Shown: positions 56,006 through 64,000 of the stretch, piece after piece | Position numbering within the stretch: position 1 is the stretch's first letter | Layout of the letters: each line of letters starts with the position of its first letter | Assembly: GCA_041666325.1 (NCBI GenBank) | Contig: JBAYHC010000003.1 | Location: forward strand, 31,102 to 95,101 | Reading direction: 5' to 3' | Length of the DNA: 64,000 bases | DNA from: Patescibacteria group bacterium | GTDB lineage: Bacteria > Patescibacteriota > UBA1384 > XYA2-FULL-43-10 > 1-14-0-10-43-13 | Notes under the pieces: generated by a model | Databases searched by the model: none | What the model saw: the letters and a program-made list of their open reading frames with translations, nothing else | What the model was told of the DNA's origin: nothing | Program-made: the position numbers and the translations under genes

Positions 56006-56554
56006 TTAATAATTTGGACGCCAGTTAGTTAGTATTTCGCTCACAGACACTTCTTTTGTTCCGTCTCTAAACTTCACAACTACGACGACGCGCAAGACGC
56101 TGTCTCCCCGAGCATAATGCGTAAGCGAACCATCAGTTGGAACGAGCGTGCCCATCTGGCTTTCATTTTGAACCTGAATTTCCCGCCTAAACGAGTTTCC
56201 CCCTATGTCGATAATCTCGCCAGCGGAAGTTAAATCGGGCTCAAGTAGATATCGCCCAGAATCCCATCTCAGCTTATAATTCGCAACGTCAACAGTGTGG
56301 AGCTTAGTGTTTCCTGTTAAGCTATCCCAGGAAGTTGTACCGCCATCGATCCAGTTAGTGTCACGGATCTGACGTACAACCTCTATTCCCTGTTGCGCCA
56401 AATAAGCAGCTTGGGTCCTCTCTAGGGCATTCTGATTCGAAGCAAGCGCCACTCTGCCAACAGAAATCAGCGCCCCCAACATCATTGCGGTAATGACAGA
56501 AGCCAGCAATACTTCGATTAAGCCAAAGCCTTTTTTGTGTTTTGCAGTTATCAT
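56006..56554 (-). CDS. Type IV pilus minor pilin/pseudopilin.
   Basis: KKGFGLIEVLLASVITAMMLGA. Confidence 0.7.
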   Translation of the reverse strand: MITAKHKKGFGLIEVLLASVITAMMLGALISVGRVALASNQNALERTQAAYLAQQGIEVVRQIRDTNWIDGGTTSWDSLTGNTKLHTVDVANYKLRWDSGRYLLEPDLTSAGEIIDIGGNSFRREIQVQNESQMGTLVPTDGSLTHYARGDSVLRVVVVVKFRDGTKEVSVSEILTNWRPNY

Positions 56555-57078
56555 TCAGATTTTACTATCAAGGGACTAAATAATACTTTAATCGTTTTGC
56601 TGCCTGAGGCTTCGTTATCATAGCGCACAAACTGACTTCCGCCCGCTGTTACAACCGTACCCGACCCATCACGGAACGTACAGCTGGAATCCTTGAACGG
56701 AATATCACAACGAAGATATGCCTTGCCATCAAGTCTGGCCAAGGACTCGTTGCCATCAAGAATAATCCTGCCTTTTGGCTCGGTACTAAGGTTGTTGTAG
56801 AGCACCATGGTCTTAAGATCGTCTTCGATAACGAGTCGATAGTACGAAACACCCTGCTCGGGGTTCTTTAGCAGAGAAATTTCCTGATTAATCAATGACT
56901 CAATCTCCTCTACCCTATTATTGAAAGTAATCCTGTCGCCAAAAGTACTAACTTTTGGAATAACCGTCGCAGCCAAAATCATCATCACGCTCACGGTGAT
57001 GAGAAGCTCTATCAAGGTAAAGCCGCGAAACCTGAAATAGGAATGATTGTTGTTCATTGGTATTAAACTTTTTCTCAA
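56551..57078 (-). CDS. Type IV pilus minor pilin/pseudopilin.
   Basis: FRGFTLIELLITVSVMMILAA. Confidence 0.65.
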   Translation of the reverse strand: MRKSLIPMNNNHSYFRFRGFTLIELLITVSVMMILAATVIPKVSTFGDRITFNNRVEEIESLINQEISLLKNPEQGVSYYRLVIEDDLKTMVLYNNLSTEPKGRIILDGNESLARLDGKAYLRCDIPFKDSSCTFRDGSGTVVTAGGSQFVRYDNEASGSKTIKVLFSPLIVKSE

Positions 57079-57839
57079 AAGGGAAGATAAAGCCTTTGAT
57101 ACCAGAGTAATATGCTTTGCCCAAAAAGAAGGGTGACATAAAGGCCGATAATTAAAAACGGAGCAAATGGTAGTGCATCTTTCATCGTCTTAGTCTGGAG
57201 AGATATGAAAGTCAGCCCAACCACGGAACCAATCAAGAATGATAGAAAAATCCCAATGACGGCGAGTGGATAGCCAAGAGCAACTCCCAATATGAGTCCG
57301 ATCTTAACGTCCCCCGACCCCATCCATTGCTCCCTTGAGACAACAACAAGAAGTGCAAGCAATCCACCGCCAACCAGGCCGCCTAGCAGCATCCGGCTCA
57401 GGCCGAATCCGCCAAAATACCATGACCCTAATACGGCAACCACAAGAGCAGCCCAAACAAATTCCTCCGGTACTGTCAGAGTCTTAATATCACTAACGAA
57501 AACAACGATCAGTAGCAACAAAATAACCGAGTAGAAAACAAAACCGGCAGAAAAACCATAGATCAGAAAGAAGAGTGTGAGCATTAACGCTGTACCCATT
57601 TCAACCAAGGGGTATTGCCAAGAAATCGATTTTTGGCAATAGCGGCAACGTCCGCGAAGTAGTACGAACGATAATACAGGCACCAAGTCTCGCCAAGAAA
57701 GTACATGCTGACAGTTAGGACAATGGGAACGATCCAGGGCAACAGATCCCAAATTGTCAATACGCAGGATTAGTACATTTAAGAAGCTCCCCAGAACCAA
57801 ACCCAAAACAAAAATTAAAATAGCAAAGGTTTCATACAT
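57075..57839 (-). CDS. pilD: Prepilin peptidase (A24 family).
   Basis: N-terminal CPNC...CRYC zinc site, polytopic membrane protein, catalytic Asp in the GSGDVK context. Confidence 0.85.
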   Translation of the reverse strand: MYETFAILIFVLGLVLGSFLNVLILRIDNLGSVALDRSHCPNCQHVLSWRDLVPVLSFVLLRGRCRYCQKSISWQYPLVEMGTALMLTLFFLIYGFSAGFVFYSVILLLLIVVFVSDIKTLTVPEEFVWAALVVAVLGSWYFGGFGLSRMLLGGLVGGGLLALLVVVSREQWMGSGDVKIGLILGVALGYPLAVIGIFLSFLIGSVVGLTFISLQTKTMKDALPFAPFLIIGLYVTLLFGQSILLWYQRLYLPF

Positions 57840-57929
57840 ATTTCTGCCCTTCTGCCCTATCAAGCATTCATTCTCCCGCCTATTCTGAGGTTAGAATAAC
57901 GGCGGGATTTGAAAGCTCGCGTCAAGCAA

Positions 57930-58367
57930 TTAGTCGTTCTCAACCCGGTAGTTATAACCAGATGGAGCAGCGATGCCAAAACTTGAATTCGCAGCATCAA
58001 CATCTGGATCGTTGGCATTCTCTAGTGTTGCCCATACGGCAAAGTTTTGACCGGTAGCATCAGTCACATACATGTAGTCTGTATCACTAGGATCAGTTGG
58101 AAACGTCTTGATGTAGGTTGCTGCCAAGCCCGTGCTGGCGGCAGTTGCTGCAACTGGCTCAGGATTGACAACGGTGTAAGCATTCGGATCCTGATCATTG
58201 TAGAAAAGATTCAGACCAGTCTTGATCGTATTGAGATCAGACTTTCGTGTAGCATCCCTGGCCCTAGCTCTGGCACCATTGAGGGATACAAGCACCATTG
58301 ATGCAAGTATGCCGATAATGGCGATTACAACTAGGAGCTCAATGAGGGTAAAGCCTTTCTTTCTCAT
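57930..58367 (-). CDS. Type IV major pilin (PilA-like).
   Basis: MRKKGFTLIELLVVIAIIGILASMVLV. AGGAGGAGGA ribosome-binding site. Confidence 0.85.
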   Translation of the reverse strand: MRKKGFTLIELLVVIAIIGILASMVLVSLNGARARARDATRKSDLNTIKTGLNLFYNDQDPNAYTVVNPEPVAATAASTGLAATYIKTFPTDPSDTDYMYVTDATGQNFAVWATLENANDPDVDAANSSFGIAAPSGYNYRVEND

Positions 58368-58392
58368 TCCTCCTCCTACTAATACAAATTAA

Positions 58393-58887
58393 TTAGAATC
58401 CGGTCTTTGTGCAACCTGTTGACTTGCACTCAACATACCAATCACCGCGAACACCGGCAGCAGCACCAACTGGCCGTCTGTATGCGTTAAAGTAAAAGGT
58501 AGTTGGCTGATATGCAGTACCAGCCTTGAAATCACCTGCAACTGTGTCAATGCCGGTTGGCCTTCTAACGTCATCGGCAGCTGTGCCGTATTGCCAGTCG
58601 GAAATATCCGAGATGTCTGGCCAAGCTCCTGGCGCATCTGTTGGATTTGTGCAAATATTCTGGGCACCAGCTCCACCGCTAGTCGGCTGGATTATTGTTC
58701 CGCCACCATCAAGACATGTTACAGCTATCGGTGTGACAGATCTGGCTGACGAGAGCACATTGGCTGCTCTGGCCCCTGCCCTACCGCTTTGCAGATTGGC
58801 AATAACGACGGTAGCCAAGATACCAATAATGGCTATAACAACGAGTAATTCGATGAGCGTAAAAGCTTTTGAAGACTTTTTGTTCAT
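58393..58887 (-). CDS. Type IV major pilin paralog.
   Basis: MNKKSSKAFTLIELLVVIAIIGILATVVIA. The class III signal and N-terminal helix are identical to the neighbouring pilin. AGGAGGAGGA ribosome-binding site. Confidence 0.85.
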   Translation of the reverse strand: MNKKSSKAFTLIELLVVIAIIGILATVVIANLQSGRAGARAANVLSSARSVTPIAVTCLDGGGTIIQPTSGGAGAQNICTNPTDAPGAWPDISDISDWQYGTAADDVRRPTGIDTVAGDFKAGTAYQPTTFYFNAYRRPVGAAAGVRGDWYVECKSTGCTKTGF

Positions 58888-58918
58888 TCCTCCTCCTAAA
58901 CAACTACAAATATAATTT

Positions 58919-58962
58919 TAGTAAACTTGTTCCGTCTTGATCGACCCAACAAGACAAGTTTA
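58919..58962 (-). promoter_or_regulatory. Near-perfect hairpin between pilC and the first pilin gene, a possible attenuator or processing site that sets pilin stoichiometry.
   Basis: TAAACTTGTtccGTCTTG - atcgacccaa - CAAGACaAGTTTA. Confidence 0.3.
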
Positions 58963-59034
58963 AACAATGTTTCACTCATTATAATCCTTTGAGCGCTTTG
59001 CCTCAAGTGGGTTTTCAACAGCTCAAGGGGTATT

Positions 59035-60231
59035 TTAAACAGCATGGGCCAAATTGAAGATTGGCACAAGAACCGCAAAGACAAGAAAGGCAACGCCCAC
59101 GCCAATCACTATCAAAACAATTGGCTCGACGAGAGAAGATATAACCTTTAACTTGCTGGAAACCTCTTCGTCATAGTAATCAGCAATTTTGCCTAAAACC
59201 TTATCTAATTGACCGGTCTCCTCACCAACAGCAACCATCTGCCCAACAAATTGTGGAAAGATCGGATTTTTAAGCATCTCGGTCGACAGAGGCACGCCCT
59301 TCTCTACCCGACTGATCACAGACATGATCCCATCTTCATAAATCTCATTCTTAAGCACCGCTGCGCTTGTACGCAAAGAATCAAGCAGAGGTACGCCTGC
59401 TCCGATCAGCATCTCCATGACACGAGCAAAGCGACCAATATAGACACCCTCGAACAACTCCTTTGAAACAGGGATGGTAATTTGTAAAAAGTTTATCGCC
59501 CTTACCCCAGAAGGAGAGGAAAGCCATATCTTGCCAATAACAATCGCTATCACCAATATCAACACTGTGATAATAATATTTGCCCGCATAAAGTCAGAAA
59601 TACCGAGCAGTATTCTGGTTGCGATCGGAAGGTCCATATTTGCCTGATCAAAGATTGTCCGAAGCTGAGGAATAATAACCATCACCATATAAGTAGCGAC
59701 CGCTACTAAAGCGAGAACGATGAAGATCGGATAGTACATGACACTCTTAACTTTTCCCAGGAAATTGGAGTCATTTTCAAGCTGGTTGGCCAGCTGGGTA
59801 AGCACGATATCGAGCTTACCAGTTGTCTCACCAGAATTGATGATGCTAACAAAAACACGGTCAAATGCCTCTGGGTGCTTGGCCAGTGCCGATGAGAAAC
59901 TGGAACCCTCTTCCAGATCGTTCAGCACGCTGTGGAAAATATTTTTAATTCTCTCGGTTCTCGCCTGAGAGATAACAATTGTCATAGCCTTGGTCAATGG
60001 TAAGCCAGCAGAGACCATTGTTGCCAGCTGACGCGCAAAGAGAGCCTTGTCCTTAAGCGTTATTCTCGACAAAAACTGAAAGGAAAATTGATTTTTCTTT
60101 TCGGAAACTAACTCAAGGGCGACTAGATTGTGGTTCACTAAAATCTTCTCAGCCTCATACTGATTAACGGCATTTACTGTTCCTGTGACAATCTCACCTT
60201 TGTTGTTTTTTGCTTTGTATAGAAATCTCAT
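59035..60231 (-). CDS. pilC: Type IV pilus assembly platform protein PilC (GspF family).
   Basis: Two GspF repeats and three TM segments, beginning MRFLYKAKNNKGEIVTGTV.... Confidence 0.9.
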   Translation of the reverse strand: MRFLYKAKNNKGEIVTGTVNAVNQYEAEKILVNHNLVALELVSEKKNQFSFQFLSRITLKDKALFARQLATMVSAGLPLTKAMTIVISQARTERIKNIFHSVLNDLEEGSSFSSALAKHPEAFDRVFVSIINSGETTGKLDIVLTQLANQLENDSNFLGKVKSVMYYPIFIVLALVAVATYMVMVIIPQLRTIFDQANMDLPIATRILLGISDFMRANIIITVLILVIAIVIGKIWLSSPSGVRAINFLQITIPVSKELFEGVYIGRFARVMEMLIGAGVPLLDSLRTSAAVLKNEIYEDGIMSVISRVEKGVPLSTEMLKNPIFPQFVGQMVAVGEETGQLDKVLGKIADYYDEEVSSKLKVISSLVEPIVLIVIGVGVAFLVFAVLVPIFNLAHAV

Positions 60232-60346
60232 AAAAGTTCGTAAAGTTTTTAAAGTTCGTAAAGTTTGTAGAGTTTTTAAAGTCCAAACAGTAGGCGAGAC
60301 TGACCGAACCTTATGAACTTTTAACTTTATGAACCTTATGAACTAT

Positions 60347-61414
60347 TTAATACACCATCATTTTGAAGCCCTTGGGGTCAAGCGCCCAGGTTAGAGCGTC
60401 TTCTAGTGTAATATCCCCTCTTGATACATATTCTGCCAAGACTTTATCCAAGCTAATCATGCCCTCCGAAGCAGAGGTTTGGATAATATTTGGAATCTGA
60501 TAATTTTTGCCCTCACGAATAAGGCTTTTGACAGCTGAATTGGCAATCATAATTTCTGCAGCCAAAACTCTTCCACCGCCAATCTTTGGGATCAGGCGCT
60601 GAGAAACAACTCCAAGAAGAACAGAGGCCAGCTGGCTTCTTACCTGCTGTTGCAGGTGTGGTGGAAAAACGCCTACAATTCTGTCGGCCGTTTCTGCAGA
60701 TGAGATCGTGTGCAGTGTTGTAAAAACAAGGTGTCCGGTCTCTGCCATTGTTAGCGCAGCCTCAATTGTCTCTAGATCACGCATCTCCCCAACGAAAGCG
60801 ACATCAGGATCCTCTCTAAGAGCGGATCGAAGAGCTCGCGCGTACGTGTTCGTGTCAGAGCCCAATTCACGTTGAGAAATTATGCTTTTTTTGTGTTCGA
60901 AAATATACTCGATAGGATCTTCGATTGTGATAATATGCTTGCGTTGTTCACTGTTTATCTTGTCGATAATAGCAGCCAACGTCGTCGATTTTCCCGAGCC
61001 GGTGGGGCCGGCGATGATAACAAAACCTTGGCTATGCTCAGTAAATTGCTCCAAAATTGGCGGCAAGCCCAGATCCTGGAAATTCCTGATGTCCTTCGTA
61101 ATCAAACGAAGTGATGCCGCTAAAGAACCCTTTTGGTGGTAGAGGTTGACACGAAAACGGACGTTCTCATAGCCAAACGAAAAATCAATTTCCTTCTTCT
61201 GCCTGAGGGTCAGCATCATTTCTGATGGAGTAAAGGACATCACTAGTCTTTTCACACTCTCGCCATCCAAAACTGGAGCCTCTGGAATTGAGACCAATTT
61301 GCCATCGATGCGGACGACTGCCGGAATTCCAACGCTTAAATGTAGGTCGGACGTACCTTTTTCGATAGCAAAATCCAAGTATTTTGTTATCTCGGAATCG
61401 TTTTTTTGTGTCAC
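60347..61414 (-). CDS. pilT: Twitching-motility retraction ATPase PilT.
   Basis: Walker A GPTGSGKSTT; Asp box; about 355 aa. Confidence 0.9.
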   Translation of the reverse strand: MTQKNDSEITKYLDFAIEKGTSDLHLSVGIPAVVRIDGKLVSIPEAPVLDGESVKRLVMSFTPSEMMLTLRQKKEIDFSFGYENVRFRVNLYHQKGSLAASLRLITKDIRNFQDLGLPPILEQFTEHSQGFVIIAGPTGSGKSTTLAAIIDKINSEQRKHIITIEDPIEYIFEHKKSIISQRELGSDTNTYARALRSALREDPDVAFVGEMRDLETIEAALTMAETGHLVFTTLHTISSAETADRIVGVFPPHLQQQVRSQLASVLLGVVSQRLIPKIGGGRVLAAEIMIANSAVKSLIREGKNYQIPNIIQTSASEGMISLDKVLAEYVSRGDITLEDALTWALDPKGFKMMVY

Positions 61415-61619
61415 GGAAACCCTCCTAGGTCAATGAACGGCGCTCTTACAATATTATAGATGAGTACTAGCGCTAAGTCAAAGTTGCAAAGGTGCAATAA
61501 AGACGCAAGGCTAGCAAAGCGCTAGTGCCAGAAATTTCTCTGCTGCGCTACTTCTTTATCGTCGTATTGCTGACTTGTTGCTTTACGCACTGATCTTCTT
61601 GTCTTCTCAGGTTTCGAAC

Positions 61620-64000
61620 TCATGACTCTTGTGTTGCTTGCAACACCTCATCAAGCGTTGTGATGCCTTGCAGTGCTTTCATAAACCCATCCTGTCGCAT
61701 CGTAATCATCCCATCTCGAACAGCGACAACCTTTATCTCATCTGCTGGTCGCTTACTGGCGGCCATCTCCTCGATCTCCGGATTCATGCTCATAACCTCA
61801 AAGATTCCTGCCCGGCCCTTGTAACCATTGGTGCAATGAGAACAACCCTTACCATAGTAAAACTTGAGCTCCTTCGGAATGCGAGCAAGATCCTGGGTGT
61901 TCTTTGGGGAAATTTTCGCCAGATCGGCCCTAATCTCTTCGAGTAATTTCTGCGGCACCTTAACTTCTTCTTTGCAAAATGAACACACTCGTCGAATTAA
62001 CCTCTGTGCAATAACCAAATTAATCGAAGAAGTGATCAGGAATGATTCCACTCCCATGTTGATAAGCCGGGGTAACGAATTTGCGGTATCGTTTGTGTGG
62101 AGAGTAGACAGAACCAAGTGGCCAGTTAGCGCAGCATGGGTTGCCATGCCAGCAGTTTCAGCATCCCTAATCTCTCCAACCATAATAATATTAGGATCCT
62201 GCCGAAGAACACTTCTAAGCCCAGAGGCAAAGGTAAAACCGATTTCCGGCTTAACCTGGCACTGATTAATCCCCGGGATTTCATACTCTACAGGGTCTTC
62301 TAACGTAACAATATTCACACCAGGAACACTAACTCGATTAAGTATCGCATAGAGTGTGGTTGATTTTCCTGACCCGGTCGGCCCTGTCGACAGGATGATA
62401 CCCCAGGGCTGCTTAATAGCTTTGAGTGTCATTTCAAGAGCACTTCCCTGCATACCCAGATCTTCGAGTGACAACGGTCCCTGGTCTTTGTCTAATACTC
62501 GCATAACCACCTTCTCGCCGTTTACCGTCGGAAGCATAGACACGCGGACGTCAACCTCTCGGCCTTTGAAGACCAAATCGAATCTACCATCCTGTGGAAT
62601 GCGCGACTCATCAATCTTCAGCTTGGAGAGAATTTTAATACGCGCAATAATTGGCGGATGAAAATTTAGCGGCATTTTGATTGCCTCTTGCAGTACTCCG
62701 TCAACCCTGTAGCGCAAGCGCAAATGCTTTGATCCTGGCTCCAGGTGAACATCGGAAGCTTTGCTGTGTAGCCCAAAATCAATTACTGCGGCCACTATCT
62801 TTGGAACATAGCCCTCTTTGACAATTTTATCGAGAATTGAAATCTCGTTCACCTCTGTGCCACCAAGCAGAAGGCCGATATCCTTCGTCTCCAGAGATAC
62901 TCTTGACGGCGCAGAAGTCTCCACTAGACGCTTCTCTTCTGGCTTCTTCTCAACCCCAACTTCCGCGTTCTTTTCTTGGCCGCCAGAAACATTATCCTTC
63001 TTGAACAAATTGTCATCTTCATCGGAAACAACCTTGATGGCTGTTGGCTTACCGGCTTCTGCCTGCACTGAGACTGCTTCTTCTGGGGCAGAAGAGTCTT
63101 CCGGCTCACTCTTCTTGGGCGAAGGAGTTTCATCGACGGGGTTCTCGCCCGGTGCTTTGTCCGTATCATCTCGAGGCATAAACTTGGCGAAATCCGGTCT
63201 CTCATCAAATGTTATTTCCGGTTCACTGGGTTTCCGGTTGGAAAGGATAGAGTCGAGCATACCCTTGAATGAGGCACTTTTACCTGATTGGTCCTTGACA
63301 TCATTGGCAACCGTTTTTTCCTGACCAAGGTCACGCTTCGGCCGCTGATTGACGGGCTTATCGTATGACTCTAGGGCATACCTGATATCGTCTGCTGACG
63401 TCGCAAACGCCTCAAGATTGATACCGTTCTCTTTCTTCAGGAATTCTAATATTTTTCTGGTCACGGAAGAGTCCGGAGTTTCGCAACCAACAAGATACTC
63501 ATCTGCATCGTTCTGACCAAAAATAACCAACCTGTAGCGCTCAACAAAGTCCCGAGGCAATTTTTTGAGGTACCTGTCGTCGATGACCTGATTTCGCAGA
63601 TAAACAACTGGAAGACTACCCTGCTTAACCAGTGGTGCAGAGCTTTTTCTGGGGTCATATTGCTTTATGGCCTCATCGAAATCAACCTCTCCGGTGACAA
63701 ACAATTCAACGCCATAGCTACGATCTTCAAAAAACTTCGCTAAACTGACAGGGTACCGAACAAGCAAATCGGCCGGTCTCGAGACTGCCAGCCTGATTAA
63801 ATTATTGCTTACATTGAATGGAATAACTCCGAATTTCTGAGCAACTTTTTTAGGCAATGCGGCCTTGGCGCTTTCGGGTATTTGAACGTTAGAAAGAGAG
63901 ATATAGGGCATCTTAAGCAATATGCTATACGCCTTGTTGATAGTCTCCTTGGTGACTAAACGATTCTTTACCAAAAAATCTTCTATTTCCCTGCTTGTCT
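61620..64000 (-). CDS. pilB: Type IV pilus assembly ATPase PilB (GspE family) with a ~170-aa disordered insert. The 5' end may extend beyond the window.
   Basis: GSPII_E N-domain, Walker A GPTGSGKSTT, tetracysteine CSFC...CSHC. The reading frame is still open at coordinate 64000, and the track start at 63974 is only a TTG. Confidence 0.85.
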   Translation of the reverse strand, partial: TSREIEDFLVKNRLVTKETINKAYSILLKMPYISLSNVQIPESAKAALPKKVAQKFGVIPFNVSNNLIRLAVSRPADLLVRYPVSLAKFFEDRSYGVELFVTGEVDFDEAIKQYDPRKSSAPLVKQGSLPVVYLRNQVIDDRYLKKLPRDFVERYRLVIFGQNDADEYLVGCETPDSSVTRKILEFLKKENGINLEAFATSADDIRYALESYDKPVNQRPKRDLGQEKTVANDVKDQSGKSASFKGMLDSILSNRKPSEPEITFDERPDFAKFMPRDDTDKAPGENPVDETPSPKKSEPEDSSAPEEAVSVQAEAGKPTAIKVVSDEDDNLFKKDNVSGGQEKNAEVGVEKKPEEKRLVETSAPSRVSLETKDIGLLLGGTEVNEISILDKIVKEGYVPKIVAAVIDFGLHSKASDVHLEPGSKHLRLRYRVDGVLQEAIKMPLNFHPPIIARIKILSKLKIDESRIPQDGRFDLVFKGREVDVRVSMLPTVNGEKVVMRVLDKDQGPLSLEDLGMQGSALEMTLKAIKQPWGIILSTGPTGSGKSTTLYAILNRVSVPGVNIVTLEDPVEYEIPGINQCQVKPEIGFTFASGLRSVLRQDPNIIMVGEIRDAETAGMATHAALTGHLVLSTLHTNDTANSLPRLINMGVESFLITSSINLVIAQRLIRRVCSFCKEEVKVPQKLLEEIRADLAKISPKNTQDLARIPKELKFYYGKGCSHCTNGYKGRAGIFEVMSMNPEIEEMAASKRPADEIKVVAVRDGMITMRQDGFMKALQGITTLDEVLQATQES

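Noticed and set aside
1-64000. CRISPR array or cas genes.
   Set aside because: No regularly spaced direct repeats with unique spacers were seen. The tandem repeats present are microsatellite-like or protein-coding repeats.

Overview
This 64-kb window is almost entirely transcribed on the minus strand and has about 45% GC. It appears to come from a small-genome, possibly CPR/Patescibacteria-like bacterium; that assignment is inference.

Recognisable housekeeping genes:
- rplA-rplJ-rplL-tgt
- pth, ybaB, prfB
- cysS, recR, topA, dprA, mfd
- rplK-nusG-secE-rplU
- a SEDS-family ftsW/rodA gene, ileS, rnhA, trpS

A complete type IV pilus operon sits at the 3' end of the window: pilB-pilT-pilC, two major pilins, pilD and three pseudopilins.

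The main hunt findings:
- **Small-giant-small-giant operon (338-10949).** Two paralogous ~110-aa acidic proteins alternate with two giant membrane-anchored proteins. One giant carries a C-terminal GT9 heptosyltransferase-like domain and the other carries tandem ~105-aa repeats. This may be an adhesin-plus-glycosyltransferase system.
- **Three GC-rich islands.** They lie at about 11.06-12.4 kb, 25.65-28.1 kb and 33-37 kb and reach ~60-68% GC. They encode secreted Pro/Gly-rich proteins and lipoproteins. Two of them end at related ~80-140 bp palindromic elements.
- **A ~2.9-kb GC-rich stretch (34.1-37.0 kb)** with no convincing ORFs but with internal repeats.
- **A tandem pair of three-way-junction RNA-like elements (12429-12685)** whose stems covary between the two copies.
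- **A candidate ~450-nt ncRNA on the plus strand**, bracketed by a sigma70 promoter and an intrinsic terminator (37424-37910).
- **A GxxExxY-family gene bracketed precisely by ~40-bp inverted repeats.** Cargo-less palindromic copies of the same repeat occur elsewhere, suggesting a MITE-like family.
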